Source: Eukaryota sp. TZLM1-RC
Lineage: Eukaryota > Protista > Metamonada: BaSk clade
DNA: 64,000 nt
NCBI GenBank assembly: GCA_040285825.1
Contig: JAUPSS010000004.1
Location: 2,212,550-2,276,549, forward strand
Direction of reading: 5' to 3'
Both the position numbers and the translations under genes were made by a program. Under the pieces are notes generated by a model that worked only from the letters and a program-made list of their open reading frames with translations, did no database searches and had not been told where the DNA came from. Positions 1-11,682 of this stretch are shown piece after piece (position 1 is the stretch's first letter; the number at the start of each line of letters is the position of its first letter).

Positions 1-570
1 TTTTAATATCATCTAGTTTTGTAGAAAGAACAGATGACAAATGATTGGCTTCAATACGAAGAGAAGAGACTTCATGTGCTAGTGAAGCTGTCATTATTTG
101 ATCTCTCTCAAAAGAAAGTATATCCATGATGAGGTATCCAGATTAACTTAGAGACAATGGATTTGCGTAGTCTAGGCGACTGGCTTCTGTTTGAAGTACC
201 AGTCTATAAGAAAGAATTGGTGTGCACTTCAAAAATGCTTCAATGCCTTCAACATATGAGAATTTCGTTTTTTAGCAATGTATTCACAATACATGTTTAA
301 AATGGCAATAACAACTGAAAGCAAAGGTTTGATAAGGTATCGTGTTGTCAAACATTATCGGTTGTCCTTCATTATTCACCAAGAGAAACTCCTAATAAAA
401 GCTTGTTGTGTGGTACTTCTCTCCATAAAAGTGAAAACAATGAATCATGTGTTCTATTGGTAATTTGAAAGTGCATTTAGTGAAAACCATTTCTTTTAAA
501 AACAAACCTAGGTAATTTACTATTAAAACCGACATTTCATATACACAAACTCCAAAAATTACACTTATAA

Positions 571-1296
571 TCAACAAGAGCAACCTGAATTTCCGCGACC
601 TTCTTCCAATGACATCAAAGAAGTGTCTTCAGAAACTTCTTCTACCCCGCTGTTGACATAATCTTCTACAATGGTCTTGAATAATTCTGGAATATCTGCT
701 CCCGTTTTGGCAGAGGTTTCAAACATTTTTGCGGACACTTCTTCAGCAATTTGGGTGACAGCAGACTTCGGGACGGCACGAGTGTGTCCTTCGTCAAGAA
801 GATCTACTTTAGTGGCGCAAATGTAGACTGCACAATTGGGTTCATTTGCTTGAAGCTGGTTAATCCAAAAGAGCGTTCTGTCAAATGTGCTCTTATCTGT
901 GATATCATAACAAACGATGGCAGCTCTGGCTCCTCTGTAGTAAATGCGTGACATGGCTTCGAAGCGCTCGCTACCTGCTGTGTCCCAAATCTAGAGTAAG
1001 TAAGATAGAAGCTCATACTCCTAAACGGAGTGTACGGTCGCCTACGGTAACAGCTTTGGCAGCAAAAGCTGCGCCAATCGTCTGTGATAAGAGAGGTTGT
1101 GAAACAAACAAGTTCATAGTCTCCATCGAACTTTTCATTAATGAAGCGACCAACCAAACAAGTTTTGCCGACTGCGGCACTGCATGAGGTGAAAAGAAGA
1201 AAAGAAGAATATACCTTTAAATTAGAAGGATTAAGAAAGGTATATACCTAAAAGAACTACTTTAAGATCGACTTTTTGAGATTGAGAAGAGGCCAT
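571..1296 (-). CDS. RAB24: Rab24-like small GTPase, 4 exons (1248-1296, 1110-1183, 1019-1081, 571-990)
   Basis: Spliced product MASSQSQKVDLKVVLLG(S)AAVGKT...TIGAAFAAK...[31 protein letters not shown]...TKVDL...ETSAK...CSC. [18 protein letters not shown] is the Rab24 signature and the C-terminus is a CxC prenylation motif. Two 28-nt GT-AG introns (1082-1109, 991-1018) plus an atypical first intron (1184-1247). Confidence 0.9.
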
Positions 1297-1489
1297 TGAA
1301 AGCTGGCTTGGATGTTTGGGGTGATTTGAGAAAGTCTGTTTTTCTTATTTTCGATTTTTACTTTAACAAACTGCGGGTTAAAATCTTTTTCTTCATTAGA
1401 AGTAAATGAATCTTTGATTCGAAGTCATTTATTTTGTTCTGATAATTTGAGTAGAATTGGTTTCACGAAATCTTGGATTTTGTGTTAAG

Positions 1490-2410
1490 CAGCGCTTTTA
1501 GGTGATGGTAAGAATTTAGTTCAAGAAATTCCCAACCGATGACTCCCAAATTTACGTTTTTACCTGAAAAAGCTTCGGCACCATTTGGTTAAATTATATG
1601 AAAGCTTGGATTATGAAGTAAGACTTGGCCTGACCAGAACTGAAAATCCCACTTTCGGAAATTTGTTAAAAGACATTCGTAATAGTTCTGCTGCTGCTTT
1701 AGTAACTCAAATTTCCCATGTTTATGGACTTTTGTTAAAAAAACAATGAATGGCTTTTAAACATGGGTTTTCGTTGTTTTCTATGGCCAAACAATTTGCC
1801 CTATCATTTAACATGTAAATGTGGTGAACCCCTTTCGTCTACTCATTTTTTGAAACTGTAAACATTTTATTACATTTAAAAGTAAAGTGCATAATAATGT
1901 CAGGGACCAAATTTATGTAATGTGCAAAACATATCGAGCAACTTCCTTTTTAGAGCCTTTGCTATCAAAATTAATTCTGGATGACCCCATTAATGATTGT
2001 ACGCGCTACAACAGAGCTTCTATGGGTCTGACAAAAGGTGACTTGGTTGTTCCGGGCTTAAATGGTAGTTCTATTTTGGATGCCATGTAAATAATCCTCT
2101 TCTTGCTGACGAAAATTACAAAATTGCTCATTACACAAAACCTATTTCTTCTGTCAATGAAAATTCTCATGCCAAATATAATTTATGTCCCATTGTTTTC
2201 TCCTTGCTTGGATCTTTAGGTAAGGCTGCTATGGCTTTCCTTGAGGATTTTAATGTATTTGTAAAGGAAAGAACTTGAAGAATTTTCAATCGTGTTTACT
2301 GGCAAAACAGGATTGTATTTTCTATTTTAAGGGAATGGTGAAATTAATTTCTGATTTACTCTCTTCTTTTGGGAAATTTTTTGAAACTCTAATAATTAAT
2401 TGTAATTAAT
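1490..2410 (+). mobile_element. Decayed 3' fragment of a CRE-like (RLE) non-LTR retrotransposon
   Basis: Broken frames with CKC...H...C, HNNVRDQIY..CK, LEPLL, KGDLVVPG, CP..FSLLGSLG and FNRVYWQNRIVFS; same layout as other copies in the window. Confidence 0.8.
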
Positions 2411-2599
2411 TAATTGTTAATTGGGAGCCATATTTTGTGGATGTTGCAATTATTCTTATTCCATATTCGATAAAAGGATTTATGAAAAACAAAGTTTTTA
2501 CTTTTATAGTCCAACTTATTCCAATGAGAAATTAAACAACAAACTTGAATTTCTAAATCATCATATCCCCACTAAGCCAAACAGAATTGACTGGAAGCT

Positions 2600-2913
2600 T
2601 TCTTTTTCATAAAAATGACCAAGAGATAAGGTTTTGCATTCTGTCGTAGTGAAAATGTTTTCTTCATAGATGAACAATGATTTCATTGATTTGTACCTCG
2701 CCATCAATTGATGCTAAAATTGGTGTTTGGTCTGGTCTAAAAGTACACTCTTGAATTTTTCCAAAGGTGATTCACAGCAATCGGTCATGAACGTCTTTAG
2801 TTTGTTCACAGTTTCTTGATCATGTATTATGTCTCTGATGGAAATTAATAAAAACTCAGAAACAAATCCTCATCAGAAGTTTGTAAATCCAAAAGTAATG
2901 AGTTCTGTTTTTA
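2600..2913 (-). pseudogene. Fanzor1 family C fragment (part downstream of the LTR insertion)
   Basis: Clear nucleotide similarity to 14700-14990 (e.g. tctggtctaaaagt(a/g)cactcttgaattttt); continues at 4332 on the other side of the LTR element. Confidence 0.6.
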
Positions 2914-3005
2914 TGTTGCCTAAAGTCTATTGTAGTAAAGAAAAGTCAATGAGGAAAAGTTGATTTATTTTCTAATCATATTATATAAGCCTTAGGGCGC
3001 CAACA
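2914..3005 (-). repeat. 3' LTR (92 bp)
   Basis: Identical to 4240-4331; TG...CA ends; TATATAA and AATAAA on the minus strand. Confidence 0.9.
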
Positions 3006-3712
3006 CTGCTTCTTCCCTTTTTCAAAATAAATCAGCTTATATGAACATGAAACTAAAACTATGAACAAATAACTAAATAACTATAACTACTGAAAACTAA
3101 ATACCAAATTCTAATGTTTTCCATTGTACAATTATCTTTGTAGTGATTGGGATTCACACAAACACTGGTTTCACATTTTTAAGATCGACAATTGATGTAC
3201 TATGACTCTCCTACAATAATGTTAGTATAAGGTAGTAAGCAATAACTGAAAAGGGCCTCGTTCCAAGATCTGTATGTTTGAATACTTTTTTGTGTATGTT
3301 TTAATCGCTTCATAAAGGCGCTCTGCTTCTTCCCTTTTTCGTAAACGAGAAACGTGGTAGTGTCGTTTAGTAAAAGTATCATGAAATCGAAAAATGGATT
3401 CGCTAATGATCATGCAGGGTCTGTGTTGGATCAAAAACAACAGTCAGCAAAGTAACAAACCTCAGAGACCTGAAGGCGGCGTCTTTTGTTGTTAAAGTAC
3501 TGGCTTTACGACTAAAAATATCAGAGGAGCAAGGACCGTATCTTTGCATTGTAGTACAATAACAGTGGAGGTGGAGTTTCTACTCGTAACCTCGTATTTG
3601 GTCGACTTTTCTCGTGTTTGGCTCCATAAGGAAGGGAGCTGCTCGAATGAATAAAAGTCCATTGATTCGAGGTAAGGCTCTGTGTCCTTGTTAGGAGGAA
3701 CCATCACTGGAG

Positions 3713-4156
3713 TCATCTTCCCCTTCTGTGGTATGTACTCTCCTGAAGGGGTAGATTATGTAAAGTGGGATTTCCATCCGTTTCTTTACTAGATGCTACA
3801 TTAGGGAGGGGAAAGGGAACTGGTCCGTTTTCGTGGCCTCCTCTGACTCTTTTAGGTTGTACATCTTTTGTGAGGAGAGAAGGAGCCGGGTCCGTTCTCG
3901 TTGCCTCGTCTGTTTCTTCTTTCCTTTTGAGGAGAGAGGGAGCCGGGTCCGTTCTCGTTACTTCTTCCATTGTTGAAGATGGAGGGACCTCGTCCACTCT
4001 TTCATCTTTCACTTTTAGGGAGGGGGAGGTGGGATCCGGGTCCGTTACCTCGTTACCTTTTTTGTAATGTATATGTGTATGTGTCGCTGCTTCCTGTTGC
4101 TGCATGTTAGGTGAGGAATTGGGGTCAGAGATATCTTGCTGCAAGATGTCTAACAT
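3713..4156 (-). CDS. Internal ORF of the LTR element, unknown function; further broken frames run to ~3200
   Basis: 147-aa low-complexity ORF with repeated TRTDPAPSLL units; its stop overlaps the next ATG (ATGA at 3713-3716). Confidence 0.45.
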   Translation of the reverse strand: MLDILQQDISDPNSSPNMQQQEAATHTHIHYKKGNEVTDPDPTSPSLKVKDERVDEVPPSSTMEEVTRTDPAPSLLKRKEETDEATRTDPAPSLLTKDVQPKRVRGGHENGPVPFPLPNVASSKETDGNPTLHNLPLQESTYHRRGR

Positions 4157-4239
4157 GCTGTAAAGGTTTCTGGGGATGTTTACTAGTAAAGTGCTGAAGT
4201 TATGGTATACCTTTTGACTTTAAAATGGCCAATAATTAT

Positions 4240-4331
4240 TGTTGCCTAAAGTCTATTGTAGTAAAGAAAAGTCAATGAGGAAAAGTTGATTTATTTTCTA
4301 ATCATATTATATAAGCCTTAGGGCGCCAACA
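4240..4331 (-). repeat. 5' LTR (92 bp)
   Basis: Identical to 2914-3005. Confidence 0.9.
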
Positions 4332-5210
4332 TTTAAACTTCTGTGTTTTGACTCCTCCTGTTCATCCTCAAGTTTTTGACCAACATCATCACCATCCACT
4401 TTTTGAATTTTAAGTGGAATACTTATAACAATCATAAATTCTTAAGCATGATAGTCAAACTGTTAAAGTGAACAGTTTGAGTACAAATTAGTTCATGATC
4501 AAACATTTGAAAAAAAGGTTTCACCATTTCGTGTTTTTCTGGTGAATTAATATTCATTTTGACTTCCAAAGCAACATTGATCCAGCGGCAAAAATGTTCG
4601 AAGAATTGTTTTTGAGTATTGACCATATATGACGTGTGAAGATTGGTCACACAATGATCCAAAATTCGAGTCACTCCTAGCTTACTGACATGAGCATAGA
4701 TTGAGGTTAACTGAGGGTAATAATGGTTAATATATTTTTTATTAGCCATTATTAGTCTTGAAGTTCGAGCATTCTGGCCTGGTTTACACTTAATGTCCCT
4801 ATATATCTGTTGAAGAAAATCATTGACATTAAAACTTGCTCTCTCATCTTGTTTTAAATGACAAACTTTTTTGTCGACTGTTGTGATCACACTTAAATTG
4901 GCTTCAATAAGTTCTTTGGAAAACAAGACTGGTTCCTCATCATTGAAAAAAAACAATTGAAGTGATACAATTTGAATAATAAATATGTCCTTCGCACAAT
5001 TTTGTCAATTTTAACCACCATCTTTTGATTCACTGCTTGAACACTTAGGTCAAAAACTAAATTTCTGAGTCCACAATTGATAATTTTTATTCAAGTTAAC
5101 TTTAGGTTTTGTGTATCAGGATTTAAGAAATAGTTAATAGTCTCAAAAACCAAAAAAGCATCCTGAAGACAATAATGAAGCAATTCTTCGTCTCTACAAG
5201 ACCAGGCATT
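4332..5210 (-). pseudogene. Fanzor1 family C, N-terminal region (decayed)
   Basis: LHTSYMVNTQKQFFEHFCRWIN resembles the Fanzor1 REC-region pattern (T...NN...HF..+..+IN); nucleotide similarity to 15050-15545. Confidence 0.6.
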
Positions 5211-5237
5211 TACAATGGCTTTGTACAATTTTAGTTT

Positions 5238-6400
5238 TCAGGCTGGACTGGGTTTTTTCTTGCCCTTTTCTGACTCAATCAGTTCATGTTTATCTTGTTT
5301 TTTCAGCAAACATGAAGCAGCATCAGGTAGACCATTTCCAGCTCTACATAGGTAGAAATTGTAGGATAATTGAAGAGTATCAATAATTTTGAAATTTTTC
5401 ACATCTTCTATAAGTAAATTCAAAATATCGTTTAATGGTTTAGATAAATATTCTTTCTTGAATATATCCTTGCCATAAATGATTGGGGGGCTTATCAAAG
5501 AGGGTAAGTCAAACTGTTTGATGTTATGTCCAGCCAAAAAGTCTGGTTGATATTTATTTAAATAATTATCAAAATTATGGATCATTGAAAGTTCATGTGG
5601 AAATAAATGAATAACAGTGTCTGAAGAATCATTAGTAACGACAGAAGAGATTTTAACATCGGTGAAAGCCACCAAAATATGTTTCTTTTTAGTAATAAAT
5701 CATTAGATTTAGTAAAGAATGGTGAAAAAGTTAATTTTCAAAATATTCGAAACAAAATTGTTACTGAAAAAAATAACACCAAAAATATATTGAGAAGTTG
5801 TCCCAAAGAAATAAGAGCATATGCTGTTATAGAATTAGTGACTAGTTATAAGTCAGCTCATTCAAATTTAAAAACCAATTGCGATAGAATTGACTCAAAT
5901 TCTGGAATGATTACAGTGATGTGTGTGATAGCATCTTTCTCAACAGAAACGTCAGGTGGCTTTGAAGAAAATTTTTATCTTTTGACTCTCAATTTCATCA
6001 ATGTGATTCAATTTTGTAAAAAAATGATTTAAAGAATGAATTTGAACATCAATTTTTGATCTTTTAGAAATTAGAAAAAAATTGGCGATAAATTGATTGT
6101 CCTTTTGGCTAATCTTTGTTTAGCATTGTCTTTTTGATACTGAAAAGTGGTCAAAAATTTGAATTATTCTACTTTTTGTACTCAATTTCAGGATTTGTCT
6201 CAATGTCAATACACCATCAATTAACATAATCGGAATGAAACATTTCAAATGATTTAGGATCAATAGTTTGCTCCGCAGTTTTATCCACATGCAGATCATA
6301 TTATGGAAAAGATTCAATACTAGACAATGGTGAAATAGTCTCAGATGGCTCTGAAGTCACACGAGGTTTTTTGGTCTTTGGAGTAAATGCAGAAGTTCTA
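5238..6400 (-). pseudogene. Family-B DNA polymerase 3'-5' exonuclease region, decayed, probably viral or large mobile element; interrupted at 5676-5878
   Basis: ExoI-like WCIDIETNP (~6190-6215), PDVSVEKDAITHITV, ExoII QPDFLAGHNIKQFDLP, then IIDTL...GL..AA..LL....K. Confidence 0.7.
5676..5878 (+). pseudogene. Internal fragment of a Fanzor2/IS607-type TnpB ORF
   Basis: NKSLDLV..NFQNIRNKIVTEKN..L..CPKEIRAYAV.EL..SYKSA.SNL is the pattern of N-terminal regions of virus-associated Fanzor2/TnpB; flanked by duplicated ACCAA. Confidence 0.6.
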
Positions 6401-7439
6401 CCCAAAAGCTGTTTTACGTTTCGTTGTTGCAGAAGTAGTTGATTTGCGTTTAGGTGACAAAACCGTTTATCAACAGTGAAGGGAAAAATGTCATTGAAAA
6501 CTAGTAATTTAGTACAAAATGCGACCTTTACGGGTTCTTTTACGAAGGTTTTTACGAAGGTTGTTAAATTAAATACGAAGTTTAAATGAATGTAATAACA
6601 AAGTTCATTACGAAATGTATTATGAAACCATGAGGATGGGGTTGCCAAAATCGTGAAAGTTCATCCACTGTTTTGTTCTCCCTTTCTCGCTTAACCAAAT
6701 GCAAAATTCTGATATTCAATCGTTGGCAATGGATATACATACATGTTCTCAAGCTTTGTTGAACGAAGTTACGTCTGTTCTCTCCTCGATAATTTATGAT
6801 AAAGATGTTGATCCTACAAAAGCCTCTTCAATTTACAAAACGATGGAATGTCTTACGTCCATTCTTAGATCAACAGCCGAGACTGAAGGACTTTCGTAGC
6901 TTCTCCTTCTCAGCATGTTGTCCTACCTCGTATTGGATTCCGTTTGTCTCCTGTTGAATGTTTCACTTACTGGCTATCGCAATTTCGGTGCTGTGTTTAT
7001 AGAACGTGCCTCTGTCGTTTGAATTTAATTGTTTTGGTCTCATTAATGGTTTCTGTTTAATAATAAATGTTCTAAGGAAATAATTCTATATTTTAGGATC
7101 TAAAATCAATCAATCAATTTGCCAAGTAAAAGATTAAAATAGTACAACTCACTGTTCAGGAGGTCAACGGCCAATTGTAGATCACTTTTATTAGGAAGGT
7201 CCAAATTTTGAACCAGGTCATTGCTGACAAAATTCAATGTTGCGGAGTTGATTTGAATAGAGAGACTAGCGAGACATATTTCTTTATGACTAGACAAGGT
7301 AAAATTTCGTGTGTCTCAAAGTATCTACTAAATGTAACGTTATTATTAAGTAATTTTTGGTTTTTAAGTTAAGGTTTAATTGAAATTTTTGGGCTGATAT
7401 TTGTTGCAATTTGATTGTACAATGAAGAAATTAATTTAC

Positions 7440-7965
7440 TTAAAGTTTGCTAAACTGGGAGAATAATCCACATTTTGGGATCTTGTGCTCCTTCCATAGC
7501 ATAAGATTTTTCTCGATGACTTAATTCATTAAGGACAGAATTTTTTGCTGCTTTACTGGATGTAGAACCGGGAATGTTGAAAAATCATATATTTTCGGCA
7601 ACAAATTTTGGTGGTGTTGGATTTACAAGATCTTCTATTTTGTGTCAATCAGCATTTTTGGATGGAGGAAAAAATTTTATCGTAGGTTTCCTGAAGATTC
7701 TCAATTGTTAAATTCAAATACCAGTCCATATTTGAATGATTTGGCAGACTTTGAAATGATTGTTAGGGAAACGTCCAACGGAAATTTCAACAGATTGTTT
7801 TGGCAAAGTAGATTTGTGTTTTCTATTATTAAGGGAATGTTGAAGATGGTTTTTGATGCTCTACTTTCTCTTTGACCTCACTATGAGAGAGCTGCATCTA
7901 GTTGTTTTGTTTTGGGAGAGATGTATTCATGTTTAATTTAGATGTTGATTTATAAGGTGTTTAAT
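7440..7965 (+). mobile_element. Internally deleted CRE-like retrotransposon fragment
   Basis: GGVGFTRSS..CQSAF.GGK and FNRLFWQSRFVFSIIKG motifs; A-rich 3' end. Confidence 0.7.
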
Positions 7966-8419
7966 AAAAAAATATTATTAAAAATACAATAAACAAATTC
8001 AATAGCTTCATATGATCTTATAAAACTATTCTTGCAACTGTAAACGTAATGGTGAAACAGTCATGTGTTATGCTGAAAATGAAAGAAACGGTTTCAAAGT
8101 CTAAACAGTTACGAATGCACACTACAATTTGCTTGAAGCTCTATTTGCAGTCCCATCCTGAACGTTATTTACGTCTTTCACGTATTTCTGTCAAATTTAA
8201 CGAGTCATTGATAACCAAAATTCGTTATAGCGTTGACGAAATTTATTAAGAAGAAATGTCAAAACCAAGAGGTGCAATTCCAAAAGACTTGAAAGACTTT
8301 GTATATGGTGAAGGAGATTACAGATTAACGATTACCTTTGAACAACAAAAGTTGAATAAAACTAAAAGTTTTGTGGATCATTTGAGATATTTTATTAAAA
8401 AATCTTTATATTTATCAAA

Positions 8420-8890
8420 CAGCGAATAACAAAACATCAAATACACCACTAAAGCTCCACATCCTCAAAACCCACCTCTCCTAGATCGAAACAATTAATT
8501 ACTAAAGATTCATAAAATTTACCAAAAGAAGAGAGTGAAGCAGAAGTTAATTTCAAATTTCTTGTGAAAATAGAAAATAAAATCCTGTTTGCCAGAAAAC
8601 ACGATTGAAAATTCCTACAGTCCTTTCCTTTACCACTACATTGAAATCCTCAAGGAATGCCAAAGCATCGCCAAAGCGACATAAATAATAGTGTGCATGA
8701 GAATTTTTATTGACAGAGCAAGTAGGTTTCGCATAATTAGGAAATTTGTAATTTTTGCCAGAAAGAAGAGGATTATTGACATCAGAATTAAAGAAATTTT
8801 CGTTAGAAGAATTACAAGGACAATGGACGTGGCATATGAAATGGTAAAGCTTCCATTTAAGCCGGGAACAACCTACTCACCTCTTGGGTC
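8420..8890 (-). mobile_element. CRE-like retrotransposon 3' fragment
   Basis: RGE.VVPGLNGSF and RVFWQ.GFYFLF-type RLE C-terminal motifs on the minus strand. Confidence 0.65.
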
Positions 8891-8894
8891 GTCC

Positions 8895-9330
8895 TAATGG
8901 GACGACTATCATTGAACCAAGATTTCCTCTACAAAATCTTGATCTGCTTGCTGTCTGGTTAAAGCTTCTCTAATTCGATTGAAAAACCGAGGTAATCTAT
9001 TTATAATGGCAAATTGAATCCGTGAACGCCATAAAAAATATTAAATCTTTTCATTGATTTTTCTTGCACCATTCTTTGGAAGTCATCCAAAAAAGTTTCT
9101 GCTTCAACTGATGATCTTCCGAAAATTTTATCGAAAATGGGAAAGCAGTAAAAACCAGCTGTGTATTTCTATCGACATTAGCCTCTTCAATATCTTTATC
9201 ATATTTTCTATGTTTCTCTTTTCCTTTAAAATCCAGAGCAGCCACAGGATTAAGTTTTCTTCTGTGAACCAAAGTATCATTTGCAACATTACATGAGACA
9301 AAGTCAACAATAGCTTCAGAAAAACAAATC
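8895..9330 (-). mobile_element. CRE family-1 3' fragment
   Basis: Near-identical to 16080-16500 (AIVDFVSCNVANDTLVHRRKLNPVAALDF). Confidence 0.85.
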
Positions 9331-9399
9331 AATCGTTTTATTAATGCTTCATCATTATGACCAAGAATATTTGGAAAATGTCTTATTAGAAATGCACAA

Positions 9400-10114
9400 G
9401 CTGACAGGGTATGTCATGCAGCGTAAGCCATGATCTACTGGATAGAAAATATTTTAGATCTTTTGCATGATGAGTTTTTATACTCATGTCAACAACGTAA
9501 TATACGAAACAATAAACATGCCTAATCAGAGATTAAAAATGGTCAATACACAAACCCAAGTTCCTTGATTCAATCAACCTGAGCAATTTGACTTTTGGTC
9601 TAATATTCCCATTTTACTTCAATCAATGATCAAGCAACAGATTTAAAAATTCAACAACATTATTCACACAGATGGATTTAATATTGCAGTAGAATTTGCT
9701 CGTCAGGACTTAGAAGGTCTGAGTTCTAAGTTATACAACAAGGCCAGTTTTCTGATTTGTATATTGATGATGTTGATGTTGACACTTCTCAAGACAAACG
9801 AATTGTTGTTTGTGATCCTGGAAGATGTGATTTATTGTATTTAAGGAGTGGAAAAATGAATCAAGAATTAGCCATGGTGCCTGAACATGAAACTGAACAG
9901 GGAAAAAATGAATCGAGACAAGAAATTCATATGGTTGAAAAGTATTATTAATGGAAAACAAAAACGATGGGCAACAAAGTATACTGAGGCAGCGCTACAC
10001 AGAAACCAAATGATAGATTCTAAAGAAATGATAATGAAATATGCAAACACTGCGTTATCAGTTGTTGTGAATTCTGCAACATTTATTGACTTTTCTGGTT
10101 TGTTTAATTATTAA
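9400..10114 (+). pseudogene. Fanzor1 fragment (family E), WED to RuvC-I region
   Basis: IHTDGFNIAVEF followed by YIDD...RIVVCDPGRCDLLY (RuvC-I Asp), in Fanzor1 order. Confidence 0.75.
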
Positions 10115-10199
10115 TGTTAAACCAGCAATCCTGATTAAAATGTACTTTAGATTGCTTTGTCTTATTATACAATGACGAAATTGTATGGTGAATCATCCA

Positions 10200-10458
10200 A
10201 GAAGTAGTGTCCATTGAAGCTACTGAATTTGAGAGAATTTCCAAAAATTGGTTCAAGAAAAAACAATGAAGAGATATGATGGCTTTTTGTGCTGTCGCGA
10301 ATTCAATTTGCTATAATTAATACGCTAGCTCTGTTTTTTATCGAATAAGAGAAGCAAAGGCGAGAAAAGAAGAAGATCAGGATTTTTTGAAGGAAAATCT
10401 TGGTTGATTGAATTTAGCCCCATTAGTTCTGATTTAATTTTATTAAGTGTTGTAATTC
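10200..10458 (+). mobile_element. Older CRE family-1-related 3' end
   Basis: Diverged SRIQFAIIN...RIREA...DQDF..EILV tail plus 3' UTR. Confidence 0.7.
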
Positions 10459-10469
10459 AATAAAGCATT

Positions 10470-11061
10470 CAATATGGCACAAACTGCAAGAATATCGTGT
10501 ATCAAAGAGCTCCTGCTGAAAGAAACACTTTCTCTGATTAATTTTGGTTCTGATGATAGAGGTGATGTATACTGTGATTGGATTGATAATTCTGATGCTA
10601 TTGTTGACTTTGTCTCATGTAATGTTGCAAATGATACTTTGGTTCACAGAAGAAAACTTAATCCTGTGGCTGCTCTGGATTTTAAAGCAAAAGAGAAACA
10701 CAGAAAATATGATAAAGATATTGAAGATGCTATTGCCGATAGAAATACACAGCTGGTATTTATTGCTTTCCCATTTTCGATAAATGGAAGATTATCAGAT
10801 GAAGCAGAAAATTTTTTTGGATGACTTCCAAAAAATGTTTCAAGAAAAAACAATGAAAATATTTGATATTGTTTTATGGCGTTCACGGATTCAATTTGCC
10901 ATTATTAATAGATTACCTCGGTTTTTCAATCGAATAAGAGAAGCTTTAGCCAGACAGCAAGCAGATCAAGATTTTGTAGAGGAAATCTTGGTTCAATGAT
11001 AGTCGTACCATTAGTTATGAGTTAATTTAATTAAGTGTGCAAATTCAATAATTTAAAGCAA
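10470..11061 (+). mobile_element. 5'-truncated CRE family-1 copy with 11-bp TSD
   Basis: RLE domain (DRGDVY...AIVDF) matching the 16016-19376 element; AATAAAGCATT at 10459-10469 and 11062-11072. Confidence 0.85.
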
Positions 11062-11121
11062 AATAAAGCATTATTTGAGAAAATATTTTTTTTGTCACAA
11101 CTGCAATACCGCTAGACATAA

Positions 11122-11682
<561 letters not shown>

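Larger units (their letters stand above)
2914..4331 (-). mobile_element. Small non-autonomous LTR retroelement (TRIM-like), 1418 bp
   Basis: Two identical 92-bp TGTTG...CAACA repeats (2914-3005, 4240-4331), 4-bp TSD TTTA (2910-2913, 4332-4335), polypurine tract abutting the 3' LTR on the minus strand (3006-3023), no RT or integrase motifs. Confidence 0.9.
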
